Origin: a virus
Lineage: Duplodnaviria; Caudoviricetes
Direction: 5' to 3' (one strand)
Length of the DNA: 64,000 bases
Virus record (IMG/VR): IMGVR_UViG_3300009128_000006
Coordinates: 26,157-90,156 of that record
Numbering within the stretch: the stretch's first letter is position 1; each line of letters begins with the position of its first letter. The position numbers and the translations under genes were made by a program. Shown here piece by piece: positions 1-9,156 of the stretch. The notes under the pieces are model-generated. The model was not told the origin of the DNA. It did not search any database and saw only the letters and a list, made by a program, of their open reading frames with translations.

Positions 1-43
1 ACGAGGTGCTGACGCAGCGAAGCGGGACGCGGACAGCTTCCTC

Positions 44-922
44 GTGCCGGGAGTTCGCGAGCAGCTGGTCAAGAGCGCAGAGTACGTCTACGAGCTCTAT
101 GAGAAGGTAGGAGCCCCCACACCTGAGAAGGCCCGACTTCTGAAGGAACGGCGAGAGGCGGCAGCGGCGAAGGCCCACAGGCAGGTGCAGAAGTACGAGG
201 CGAAGTCTACGGCCCGACGCGCGGGCGGCGTAGATGCTGCCACCGCAGAGAAGATGGATCGTGCACAAGCGCGATTGCGCGGCCGTGCGGAGTTTGTGAG
301 TGGAGTGGGCAAAGAGCAACAAGCCCCGGCCAATATCCCCGAGCAATACCGTGAACAGGCCAAGAAGGACATCGCCAAGCAAACAAGACAGGGGTACAGG
401 GGTCTGCTCGGGCGTGGCAAGGATTCCCCTCTGGTACGTCGCCATATCCCCGAAAACCCGGCCGCAGTCAAAGCTCGGAAGGCTGAGGAGCTTCGCGGGA
501 AGCTAAAGACTCACTTCGCAGATCAGCATGCTGCTGAAGCGAAGGCCCAGCAGGACTTCGTCGACAAGGCCAAAGCCCGTCAGGTTGGTGGTACCCAATC
601 CGCAGCTTCTGCGTCGAAGCCTCCTACGGTATCGGCCCCTACGCCGAAGCCTGAGACTCCCACGCCGAAGCCCGACGCTTCCACCACTTCTGGAGGGGGT
701 AGCTCTACTTCGACTCCAGATGCTGCCAAGCCCAAGCCTCCTCCGAAGACCCCGTCGAAGGGCCTGCTCGGAGGTATGAAGCCCGGGACGAAGCGCGGTC
801 TTCTGATTGGAGGCGGCGTGGCGACAGGTCTGGCAGGTCTGGCGGCCATCCGTTCTGCCACAGCACCAAAGACTCCGCCGCCTCCGAAGATGGCAGGTTT
901 GGCGGCACTGATCTGGAAGTAG
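44..922 (+). CDS. Putative head-internal virion protein (basic, Pro-rich linker, C-terminal Gly/Ala hydrophobic helix); may be 5'-partial
   Basis: ORF with PTPKP-rich linker, GLLIGGGVATGLAGLAAI segment and terminal KMA motif; abuts next gene. Confidence 0.55.
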   Translation: MPGVREQLVKSAEYVYELYEKVGAPTPEKARLLKERREAAAAKAHRQVQKYEAKSTARRAGGVDAATAEKMDRAQARLRGRAEFVSGVGKEQQAPANIPEQYREQAKKDIAKQTRQGYRGLLGRGKDSPLVRRHIPENPAAVKARKAEELRGKLKTHFADQHAAEAKAQQDFVDKAKARQVGGTQSAASASKPPTVSAPTPKPETPTPKPDASTTSGGGSSTSTPDAAKPKPPPKTPSKGLLGGMKPGTKRGLLIGGGVATGLAGLAAIRSATAPKTPPPPKMAGLAALIWK

Positions 923-925
923 GCC

Positions 926-2209
926 ATGCGTCGTCGGTTCCCGCCTCATCGTGGTCGAGGACGAGGCGGCTACGCGGACGTCCGCATCCTTGCTGCGCGC
1001 ATCCTCGCAGTGAACCCGATGCTCTGGACGTGCCACCTCCGTACAGAGATCGGCGAACGGGACTTCCCTGACGTTCCTCTGGGCTCTCCCTACCTCCATC
1101 CTGCAGATGGGGAAGGCTTCCTCATCATGCCGGAGCCCGGAGCTGCGGTGTGGATGGCAGAGCCCTCGGAAGGCAACACCAGGCCATTCATCGTGGCCTT
1201 CCGTTCCTACTTCAGCAAAGAGCCTGGTTCCGAGTCGAACCCGACACAGCTCAATGCCCGGATGAACCGTCCCAGGTTCAATCTTGGTGACATGGGCATC
1301 ATTGGAAGGAACCGTAACGGCATCAAGGTTCGACGCGGCGGCGTCACGGAGGTTCTGGCCTCTCCTCTCTCTCGAAGGATCTACTCAGCCCGTGGCCACA
1401 TCATCCACGACATCTGTCAGAACTGGAAGCTGGACACTCTCGGCGGCTCCATACGATGGCTCGTGGCCCGAGAGGAGAAGGATCCTGAAGGGAAGCAGGG
1501 CACCCTCTTTGACCTGAAGGCCAAGGAGTACGCGAACCATAAGGGCCATGTCGTCCGTGCACGTCTTGGCGGACAGATCGTTGTCGGCTCCGAAGGTGAT
1601 GCTGACGGAGGTGCCGGAGAGGCGGGTCCGGCTCCGGCTTCTTCAGAGCTCGTAGACACCCCTGTTCTCTACCTCCAGTTCTACGAGGACGGTGACAAGG
1701 CTGAGGATGATCTCTCACCGTCTGGTGCAGTGCTGGCAGACAAGGACGGGAACATTGAGCTGGCCTTCAAGGGGAAAGTCCGCATCGAGGTTCGCGGTGC
1801 GACAAATGCCACGCTTGAGCTCTCTCCCGGAGCTGTGAAGGTCGAGGCAGATGCGCAGGTCGACGTTGAGGCCCCGACCATCAACTCGACTGCGACCGTC
1901 AAGGCGACAACGACTGCACCGGTCATTGAGGCCACAGCAGCTACGTCTGCCACTATCGCTGCTCCCACGGTTTCTCTTGTTGCTGGATCCTCTGCTATGA
2001 CAGTGACAGAGGCCGGAGTGGCTGTCGGAGAGGGAAACGGCGGAGGGGCTCTGGTGGACAATGGCTATAGCCAGATGCTCTCCGCAGCTCTGGGAGAGAT
2101 CGTCTTGATCGGCACGGCTGCAGGGCAGTCCACTACCGCCATCCAGGCTCTGATCTCTGCTGTGAATGCGGGGACGTTCACGAGCTCGAAGTTCAAGACA
2201 GATATGTGA
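926..2209 (+). CDS. Baseplate spike/assembly protein (gpV/Gp5 OB-fold-like)
   Basis: N-terminal OB-fold-like pattern (GFLIMPEPGAAVW), Ala/Thr/Val beta-repeat region, short C-terminal tip. Confidence 0.6.
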   Translation: MRRRFPPHRGRGRGGYADVRILAARILAVNPMLWTCHLRTEIGERDFPDVPLGSPYLHPADGEGFLIMPEPGAAVWMAEPSEGNTRPFIVAFRSYFSKEPGSESNPTQLNARMNRPRFNLGDMGIIGRNRNGIKVRRGGVTEVLASPLSRRIYSARGHIIHDICQNWKLDTLGGSIRWLVAREEKDPEGKQGTLFDLKAKEYANHKGHVVRARLGGQIVVGSEGDADGGAGEAGPAPASSELVDTPVLYLQFYEDGDKAEDDLSPSGAVLADKDGNIELAFKGKVRIEVRGATNATLELSPGAVKVEADAQVDVEAPTINSTATVKATTTAPVIEATAATSATIAAPTVSLVAGSSAMTVTEAGVAVGEGNGGGALVDNGYSQMLSAALGEIVLIGTAAGQSTTAIQALISAVNAGTFTSSKFKTDM

Positions 2210-2277
2210 CCATGGCCCGCGGGAGCGGGCAGCAACGGGTGTTATTCTTAGCGATGCACCCAACAGGAGCAGCCGGG

Positions 2278-2898
2278 ATGTCCATCGCCACGCATGAGCC
2301 TCTCTTCCTCCGCGAGTACACCGTCCATGACCTGTTCGAAGGGGAGAAGCGGGCCTCACTCGTCAAGATGCCCGACGACGAGAAGAAGTGGCCGCCGTTC
2401 ATCCTCTCCTCCCTTCAGCGGGAGTTCCCCTTCCTCGCTGAGTACGACCTCGAGATCGTCCTCGACCGTGTGGAGCCAGAGGCAGGGGCTGCTCTCGGCT
2501 ACGTCCAGGTTCGGAACCGCACCCGTGCGCGGCCGCAGGACGTGGGAGCTTTCGGCAACATCATCCGTATCCCCATCATCATCCAGGACCGGCGGCTTCA
2601 GAAGTTTCTGGTCTTCGAGACGGGAGGCCAGACCTACCCCATGACTGAGGAGCGGGTGAAGCAGGCAATGATCGATCCAGGCATCTTCGACACCACCGTC
2701 GGCAAGACCCCAGGCTCCCCAAGCATCGTCGACCAGCTCTTCCCGCCGTACCAGCAGCGGCAGGGCTTCGGCCGGGTGGTGGAGCCTGCAGCAGGAGGGA
2801 TCTCGAAGGTCTCCGCGGCGCCTCTGGAGGACGGCGGCCACACGACGAAGACGGCCTCCTCCTCGATTCGTGCGCGTTTGCGGCTGGTCGCTCGTTGA
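2278..2898 (+). CDS. Head-associated protein (KxA motifs)
   Basis: AGGAG RBS before ATG 2278; KRAS, KVSA, KTAS motifs. Confidence 0.55.
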   Translation: MSIATHEPLFLREYTVHDLFEGEKRASLVKMPDDEKKWPPFILSSLQREFPFLAEYDLEIVLDRVEPEAGAALGYVQVRNRTRARPQDVGAFGNIIRIPIIIQDRRLQKFLVFETGGQTYPMTEERVKQAMIDPGIFDTTVGKTPGSPSIVDQLFPPYQQRQGFGRVVEPAAGGISKVSAAPLEDGGHTTKTASSSIRARLRLVAR

Positions 2899-3785
2899 TG
2901 GACCTTCTTGTCCTACAGGCATTCACCAAGGCGGCTGCAGAGAGCGAGCGAAGACGTCGCATAGCTCGTAGTACAGCCATAGGAGCCGCAACAGGTGCAA
3001 GCGTCGGAATGGCGTGGCCCTTTGCGGCTATGTACTTGTCGCGAGGGCTTGGTGTACCGAGCTTCCGTCAAGTTCCTGCAACGACGCTTGCGGGTGCTGG
3101 CATTGGCCGTCTGGCGGCGACTCTAAGGAAAGAAGCGAAGCGTGACTTCCATCCCGTAAAGGTGGAGGCTCCGAAGAAGAAGAGGAAGAAGTTCCCCTTC
3201 CAAGGCTTCGTTGACTTCCAAGGTTTGAAGATCGACATCGAGAACAAGAAGGGCTCTTACAGAGAAGGCAAGTCACCCGAAGGGAAGAAGTGGCGAACCT
3301 ACATGCACTGTGCGTACGGAGAGATTCGAGGCACAGAGGGCTCGGATGGCGACAAGCTCGATGTCTATGTGGGTGATAACCACGACTCTCCGCTCGTAGT
3401 CGTCATCCACCAGCAGGATCCGAAGACCAAGAAGTACGATGAAGACAAGGTCATGATCGGCTTTGACACTGTCGCTACGGCTATCAAAGCCTACAAGCGT
3501 CAGTACGATCGTCCAGGGTTCTACCAGTCACACACTACGATGCAGATGGGCCGCTTCTGGCGATGGGTCCATGACCGTTCGAAGCACGGTAAGAAGGTGG
3601 CGAGTCGTGAGCGTAGGGGACGGATGAGTCGCGAGCTGCGCGATCCCCGTCTGTATTCAAACCTTCGAGGGGCGATGGCTCTGGAGTCTGCCAAGAAGAG
3701 GGTTGCTGCGCACAAGGGACTGGCCAAAGGTGATGGAACTATTCGCTCAGCAGTCAGGAAGGGTCTTCTACGAGAACGACGCTAA
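2898..3785 (+). CDS. Putative virion cargo protein with inorganic pyrophosphatase-like (InPase) domain
   Basis: FQGLKIDIENKKGSYREG...YGEIRGTEGSDGDKLDVYVG...YDEDKVMIGF resembles the phage polyvalent-protein InPase domain; N-terminal Gly-zipper. Confidence 0.75.
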   Translation: MDLLVLQAFTKAAAESERRRRIARSTAIGAATGASVGMAWPFAAMYLSRGLGVPSFRQVPATTLAGAGIGRLAATLRKEAKRDFHPVKVEAPKKKRKKFPFQGFVDFQGLKIDIENKKGSYREGKSPEGKKWRTYMHCAYGEIRGTEGSDGDKLDVYVGDNHDSPLVVVIHQQDPKTKKYDEDKVMIGFDTVATAIKAYKRQYDRPGFYQSHTTMQMGRFWRWVHDRSKHGKKVASRERRGRMSRELRDPRLYSNLRGAMALESAKKRVAAHKGLAKGDGTIRSAVRKGLLRERR

Positions 3786-3927
3786 GGAATAGCAAGAAAA
3801 GCTATGGTTCTTGCTCTGGCCACTGGCTCTGAAGCGTGTAGATGAGGTACGCTTAGGGCAGTGGAGTCGTCTATGGTACGCGGTGTGTAGCTGAGAAGCG
3901 TTATACTCGGGCCAGGAGAACCTTCAA

Positions 3928-5682
3928 ATGCCTTCCCTTCATCAGTCTGGTCCCTCGAAAGAGGCTCGTTGGCGGAACACGCCCATGTCGCTTCAGGAGC
4001 GGGATGCCTGGGAGAGGCAGCTCAAGGCGGCCCAGGAGAAGAAGCACGAGGCGAAGAAGCTCAAAGGCACTCGCCTCGCCCACGGAATGAGGGCCATGCA
4101 GAACAGCTTTCAATCGCAGACCCCGAAGGCCCGGCTGACTCGTCGGCTTGGCCTGGGTGTGGTGAAGAAGGGCTCTCTCTGTGAGGCCATCGCCGGGACC
4201 ATCAATCGCTCGGACTTCGCCCGCATCGACGTGGTCTACGAGGAGAGTCCTGCAGTTCAGCAGCTCCTGCCGAAGTCGGCGGGGGTGATGACTGCGTTGC
4301 GGGGCCTGACCTCGCAGCCTGTGACGACTGGCGAAGAGGTGCTCGAGCGGTCGCTGAAGCTCGCCTCCCGTCCGCAGTTCGATGTCATCCAGCTTCGCGT
4401 GGACGGCTACGGCTACATCCTGAAGCACTCGGCAGCTCCGAAGGGTGTGAAGCCTCAGGAGCGGAAGGTGTCCAAGGAGGCGGCGCAGAAGGCCCTCCCC
4501 CAGGAGATGGTCAACACTGCAGATCAGCAGGGTGTGGCAACCGTCACGGAGGTTCAGGCTGCTCCCGACCCGATGCAGGAGCAGCCCCAGGCTGTGACGC
4601 AGTTCGGCATGTACAAGGTGACGGAGGCCACAGGCGGGCAGCTCGTCGGCTTCGTCATCCCGCAGCTCTTCGATCCGGTGCAAGGTGTTCCGGTACAGCA
4701 AGGCCTCTTCTTCACGGGCGGCCAGTACGCTCTCGCTCCGCAGTTCCAGGGCGTCCTCACGGGCGTGAGCCACAATCTTCCGGAGAGCGGAGAGCCTCGA
4801 GGTCTCGGCATCTTCTACCACACCGACGGCAAGGGTCTCCTGGCCACGGTGCCCTACACCATCATCTCCAAGGTGACGGCAGAGGGTGTGCCGTACTACG
4901 CGGCGCAGACGCAGACGGGTGATGAGGTTCAGGTCAAGATCTCTCAGGAGATCGTGCGGCCGCTTGCGGCGACTCCGGGTGAGATCATCATCCCGGCCAA
5001 CTTCAAGTGGCTCGCCCTCGACAACGAGGTGCAGCTCATCGGGCCGGAGGCGGACCCGATGGCGGCACAGAAGGCGGCGTCGGTCGGCACCCTGTGTGAG
5101 ATCCGTGCCTGGAGGCACGAGCTGGGGGCGGGTGGCGGTGTGGACCTGCAGGGACCGGTGTTCTCGAAGCTCGGTTCCGGGACGCACACCTGGGCGGATG
5201 GCCTGTTCTACCTGGCTGCAGCCGGGATGCCACAGAACCTGGCCCTGGCCTGCATCGACAAGGCGGCTTCGTCGGGACAGGTCGTGAAGATGTACGGCCT
5301 GGCCCCACTGACAGATCACGACGACATGCTGAAGGATGCGGCCGCAGAAGCAGTGGCAGACTTCAAGCGTCTCGATCTGCCAGAGCGGCCACTTCTGCTG
5401 AAGGAGGCCCTCGCCATCGAGAGCACCAAGGAGGCTCGTGCTCTGGTCGGTACCAATGCTGTAGACCATCTCCTGGCCCTGAACTTCATCAACCCGGAGA
5501 ACGTGGAGACCTTCGTCGAGTACCTGCCTGAGCTTGAGGACACTGCGTCCAAGCTGGCCCAGCTCACTTTCGCCGTGCAGCTCGGTCTCCAGAGTGTACC
5601 GAAGACGGCAGCCATCCATGCCATGCGGTCGCTCGATGCTGTCATCGCTTCGCTGAAGGCTCTGCGTCAGTACAAGGTGTGA
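3928..5682 (+). CDS. Head-associated protein, 584 aa (KxA motifs)
   Basis: Long ORF with strong GC3 bias, AGGAG RBS, upstream TATACT, multiple KxA(S/A). Confidence 0.6.
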   Translation: MPSLHQSGPSKEARWRNTPMSLQERDAWERQLKAAQEKKHEAKKLKGTRLAHGMRAMQNSFQSQTPKARLTRRLGLGVVKKGSLCEAIAGTINRSDFARIDVVYEESPAVQQLLPKSAGVMTALRGLTSQPVTTGEEVLERSLKLASRPQFDVIQLRVDGYGYILKHSAAPKGVKPQERKVSKEAAQKALPQEMVNTADQQGVATVTEVQAAPDPMQEQPQAVTQFGMYKVTEATGGQLVGFVIPQLFDPVQGVPVQQGLFFTGGQYALAPQFQGVLTGVSHNLPESGEPRGLGIFYHTDGKGLLATVPYTIISKVTAEGVPYYAAQTQTGDEVQVKISQEIVRPLAATPGEIIIPANFKWLALDNEVQLIGPEADPMAAQKAASVGTLCEIRAWRHELGAGGGVDLQGPVFSKLGSGTHTWADGLFYLAAAGMPQNLALACIDKAASSGQVVKMYGLAPLTDHDDMLKDAAAEAVADFKRLDLPERPLLLKEALAIESTKEARALVGTNAVDHLLALNFINPENVETFVEYLPELEDTASKLAQLTFAVQLGLQSVPKTAAIHAMRSLDAVIASLKALRQYKV

Positions 5683-6542
5683 TGCGGCACCCCGCGCAGT
5701 TCTTCGTTCACTTCCTCTGGCTCTCCCTCGTAGAGCCTTCTTTGAAGGAAGTGAACAAGGTCCTTGACCGGTTCGGCCTTGCGGGTCTGACAGAGGGCCA
5801 GTACGGCCACATCCTCGAAGACCTGCCGACTACTCCTGACGACTTTCAGCCTGTGAACTCACGGCACCGGCCCACGATGGCATGGCTAAAGAAGGTCGGC
5901 ATCCGTTCGTTGGTTCGAGCAGACAAGGTCGCGCAAGAGATGAAGGTGGCTATCCTCGGCCATCCTCCTACGCGGGAGAAGGTCGAGCAGCTCCTCATCG
6001 GCAATGTCTCTCCTCGGGAGGTCTCGTACCGTCTGCAACGGATCGGGACGCACGTCTCAGATGCCGCTGTAGCGGAGTTCCGTCACTACTTCTGGGACAC
6101 GCGAGAGATGGGCATCGCCGATTGGGCCGCGTACTTTGCTGAGGACCGGCAAGGGCGTACCCACATCTTGATGAGCCCCTACATGGCAGCACTTCGGGGA
6201 GGGCCTGACCTGGCCCTGTATCGGGCAGGAATCAAGACCAAGCTCGACACGAAGAAGATCATGGAGGGGGTCATGCGAGAGCTATGGCACACCTTCCAGG
6301 AGACCTGTACGCTTCCGCTCTCGCAGCGGAAGGTCGAGATGCTGGGAACCCTCTCTCGGAACATTGCTCGTGCGGACGAGCGGTTGAAGGCCAGTGATAC
6401 GGCACTGCAGGAGATCCTGCAGCAGTTCGAGAAGTTCAAGGTCATCGCGGACGATGAAGAGATCGTCACTCTTGCCGAGCTTGCTCCTACAGGTACGGTG
6501 AGTGATAAGAGTAGGGAACAGATCGTCTCGCGTCAGGGGTGA
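5682..6542 (+). CDS. Hypothetical protein (helical, possible HTH; terminase small subunit candidate)
   Basis: Start overlaps upstream stop; helical C-terminus; function inferred from context only. Confidence 0.4.
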   Translation: MRHPAQFFVHFLWLSLVEPSLKEVNKVLDRFGLAGLTEGQYGHILEDLPTTPDDFQPVNSRHRPTMAWLKKVGIRSLVRADKVAQEMKVAILGHPPTREKVEQLLIGNVSPREVSYRLQRIGTHVSDAAVAEFRHYFWDTREMGIADWAAYFAEDRQGRTHILMSPYMAALRGGPDLALYRAGIKTKLDTKKIMEGVMRELWHTFQETCTLPLSQRKVEMLGTLSRNIARADERLKASDTALQEILQQFEKFKVIADDEEIVTLAELAPTGTVSDKSREQIVSRQG

Positions 6543-6545
6543 GGA

Positions 6546-6998
6546 ATGGTACCGCAGGGCATGATTCGTACGAGCGACGGAGTGCTCACCCAGGCTCCGG
6601 CATGGGCGATGGAGTTTCACCGCAAGGACTACCTGCGGGAGGCCTACGATGCGCAGTCGCAGCTCGCCACAGAGCCGCCGCCGCAGCGTCTGGAGTTCCG
6701 TGGCGACAACATCCAGGCCGATGTCGTGCTCAAGGGCGAGCACGATGTCATCTTCCAGATCTACATCGGCACCAAGGATGCGCCTGCGCCTCTCCTTCCC
6801 GATGTCGAGGTGGTGATGTTCCGCGTGATCCTGGATCACTTCGGTACTACGGATCGCTTCGAGGGTGATGAGGTGTCGGAGCTTCGAAGCTACGCCGTGA
6901 AGGCGAAGGGCCTGCGAGGTATTCCCACCTACAGGGAGGAGTTCCACGTCGCCGGATTCCTCCACCTCCTCGATGCCACCATCGGCGAGTTGGAGTAG
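6546..6998 (+). CDS. Hypothetical protein
   Basis: GAGG RBS, tight packing, codon bias. Confidence 0.6.
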   Translation: MVPQGMIRTSDGVLTQAPAWAMEFHRKDYLREAYDAQSQLATEPPPQRLEFRGDNIQADVVLKGEHDVIFQIYIGTKDAPAPLLPDVEVVMFRVILDHFGTTDRFEGDEVSELRSYAVKAKGLRGIPTYREEFHVAGFLHLLDATIGELE

Positions 6999-7001
6999 AC
7001 C

Positions 7002-7397
7002 ATGGCTATGATCGTCAAGTCCTTTGCCACGGTGAAGGAGGTCAAGGACTTTATGGCCGAGAACAATCTCGGCAAGGAAGACATCCTCTCCTTCGACACC
7101 AACGCCTCAGGGTTCATCGACATCCTTTTCGATGATGGGTCCATCTCGGACTACGCCTCTGGCACCAACGAGACGCATACCGTCGGCGACGGGTACCGTG
7201 TTCGCCATCTCCAGTTGTGGGCGAGTGGTGGTGCAGGCTCTGCCACCATCTTTGGCGGAGACACCATCACCATCCCTGACGGCGCGCGGATTCCGCTCGA
7301 CTTCCACGGAGCACTGATCGGTGATGGAACGGCCGCGTCGAACATTGTGGTAGGCGCGAACACCTACTACTACATCGACTGGTACGATCGCTCATAG
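7002..7397 (+). CDS. Hypothetical small beta-rich protein, possibly virion
   Basis: GGAG RBS, Gly/Thr-rich composition. Confidence 0.55.
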   Translation: MAMIVKSFATVKEVKDFMAENNLGKEDILSFDTNASGFIDILFDDGSISDYASGTNETHTVGDGYRVRHLQLWASGGAGSATIFGGDTITIPDGARIPLDFHGALIGDGTAASNIVVGANTYYYIDWYDRS

Positions 7398-8048
7398 TCA
7401 CCGCCTGAAGGCCCTACGCCCTCGACCTCCGGTCTTCGCGTCGTCTCTGCGAAGGACAGTCCGGCAAGCCTTCTGCCGGTGGAACTCGCAAGCACCGTAC
7501 TCGGCAATGGCTGCACGATGCTCCTTCGTGCCGTAGCCCATGTTTCGGTCCCAGCCGTATTGGCCCCACCGCTTGTGAGCACGGAGCATGACTTCGTCCC
7601 TTCGTAGCTTTGCGAGGATGCTGGCGGCCGCTACAAGCCAGTACTTGCTGTCTGCTCTGGGGATTGCCACTTCTGGACCCAGTCCTCCGACCTTGGTCTT
7701 CCCATCTGTGATCAGGAGCATGTCTGGTTGTAGGGACTCTACAGCCGCAAGGACTGCCCTTTTTTGTGCTTCGTGTAGCGCTCTTCCATGTCCCAGCTCA
7801 TTGATGTCACGAACGGAGGCAAGGCCAAATCCGACCTCTCCTTCATTCTCCACCAAATAGGAGATCAGAGATGGTTCCAGTCGCTCTCTCTCCGGCCGAG
7901 TGGTCTTCTTTGAGTCCCTCACTTCCGCAATAGGCCAGAAGGTTGTCAACTGGTTGAACGGAATCTCCAGAGTCATCGCGACGGCCGTGACGCAGAATGG
8001 CCCTGCGAGGGCCCCGGTGCCGACCTCGTCCAGCCCAACGTAAATCAC
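7398..8048 (-). CDS. rnhB: Ribonuclease HII
   Basis: GLDEVGTGALAGP, DSKK, TDG, VAAASILAK, GYGT...H motifs. Confidence 0.93.
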   Translation of the reverse strand: MIYVGLDEVGTGALAGPFCVTAVAMTLEIPFNQLTTFWPIAEVRDSKKTTRPERERLEPSLISYLVENEGEVGFGLASVRDINELGHGRALHEAQKRAVLAAVESLQPDMLLITDGKTKVGGLGPEVAIPRADSKYWLVAAASILAKLRRDEVMLRAHKRWGQYGWDRNMGYGTKEHRAAIAEYGACEFHRQKACRTVLRRDDAKTGGRGRRAFRR

Positions 8049-8394
8049 CTGTCACCTCATAAGGATTGATGTCTTTTCTGGGTCCCAAACCCTTCAAGAG
8101 GATGAGAGCCTTAAAAGAAGTGCCCTTCCATTCACTTCTCTGGTACTTGCAGTCGTTGATGCTCGCCCACTCCTTGAGCTGAGCCCTCAACGATCGCACT
8201 TCCTCCTTTAGCCAGGGGCGGAGGAGCGTGATTGTGAAGACCCACTGTAGCGGGTCATCACGCTCCCCCAGCCTGTAGCTGTAGATGTCGTGGTCGAGTG
8301 CCCAGTTCACGGTCTGAATGAACTGAGCGACCCAGACCAGGCTCTCAGGTTCGGGCTTCTCGCTGTGTCCGTCCACTCTGCTCGACCGGGTCAA
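7843..8394 (-). CDS. Hypothetical protein (3' end overlaps rnhB by about 200 nt)
   Basis: Protein-like N-terminal ~110 aa fills the gap between neighbours. Confidence 0.45.
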   Translation of the reverse strand: MTRSSRVDGHSEKPEPESLVWVAQFIQTVNWALDHDIYSYRLGERDDPLQWVFTITLLRPWLKEEVRSLRAQLKEWASINDCKYQRSEWKGTSFKALILLKGLGPRKDINPYEVTGDLRWAGRGRHRGPRRAILRHGRRDDSGDSVQPVDNLLAYCGSEGLKEDHSAGERATGTISDLLFGGE

Positions 8395-9112
8395 GGAGGG
8401 CGAAGGGTCGCCGCTTCTTCTTTTGTAGGGTGTAGCCCGCAGAGCTTCCCAGGGGGAATGCAGAGAAGAGGTCAGCGACGGTGTTCACCATCTTGGGGAG
8501 AGCGATGGAGAACTCCCGCTTCCGGATCAGGATGTCATCGTGCCTCGGCGGGTAGACGAATGCCTTGACCGCCTCGTATGCTATCTTGCCGCCCTTCTTG
8601 ACAGGCAACCGGATGATGATGTGTGGCATCATCCACACGTCACCCTCTCGGCCGAAGTCGAGACCGACGCCCCATCCCACTACGCGACACCGGGCCTTGT
8701 CCACGGTGATGGGCGGACGCCGCGGGGCCGGAACGAGCGGGGAGCTCCACACTCCGTCATAGGGCAGGACCTGGCCCCGCTCCATGACCTGCGGCTTCGC
8801 CGGGTCCGGATCGTAGATGTTGAGCTCGGACCCGTTGATCGGGACGCGCTCGAGGATTTCCTGGATGCGAGCGAGATCATCTTCATCGGACCCGGGAGCC
8901 CACGACTCGCCCACGATGGACGAGTAGAAGTTGATGTCGTTGCCCAGGAAGTCCATCCGGAGGAGGCGGTGTTCTGGGATGGTGACCTCTTCGCCTCCTT
9001 TGGTGGTGGTGAGTTCTTCGGGCTGGTAGAGGACTTCCAGCCCGATGCCTGCGACGAGCGAAAGTCGTCGGCGGGGAGTTTGCATGTTGGGTGTCTCCAG
9101 ACCCGGCACCAT
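8345..9112 (-). CDS. Hypothetical protein
   Basis: Long ORF with codon bias; CATAAG promoter motif upstream at 9140-9145. Confidence 0.6.
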   Translation of the reverse strand: MVPGLETPNMQTPRRRLSLVAGIGLEVLYQPEELTTTKGGEEVTIPEHRLLRMDFLGNDINFYSSIVGESWAPGSDEDDLARIQEILERVPINGSELNIYDPDPAKPQVMERGQVLPYDGVWSSPLVPAPRRPPITVDKARCRVVGWGVGLDFGREGDVWMMPHIIIRLPVKKGGKIAYEAVKAFVYPPRHDDILIRKREFSIALPKMVNTVADLFSAFPLGSSAGYTLQKKKRRPFALLDPVEQSGRTQREART

Positions 9113-9156
9113 GGATTAGGTGTTTACCGGGCTATTCTCCTTATGGCAGGGAAAGG

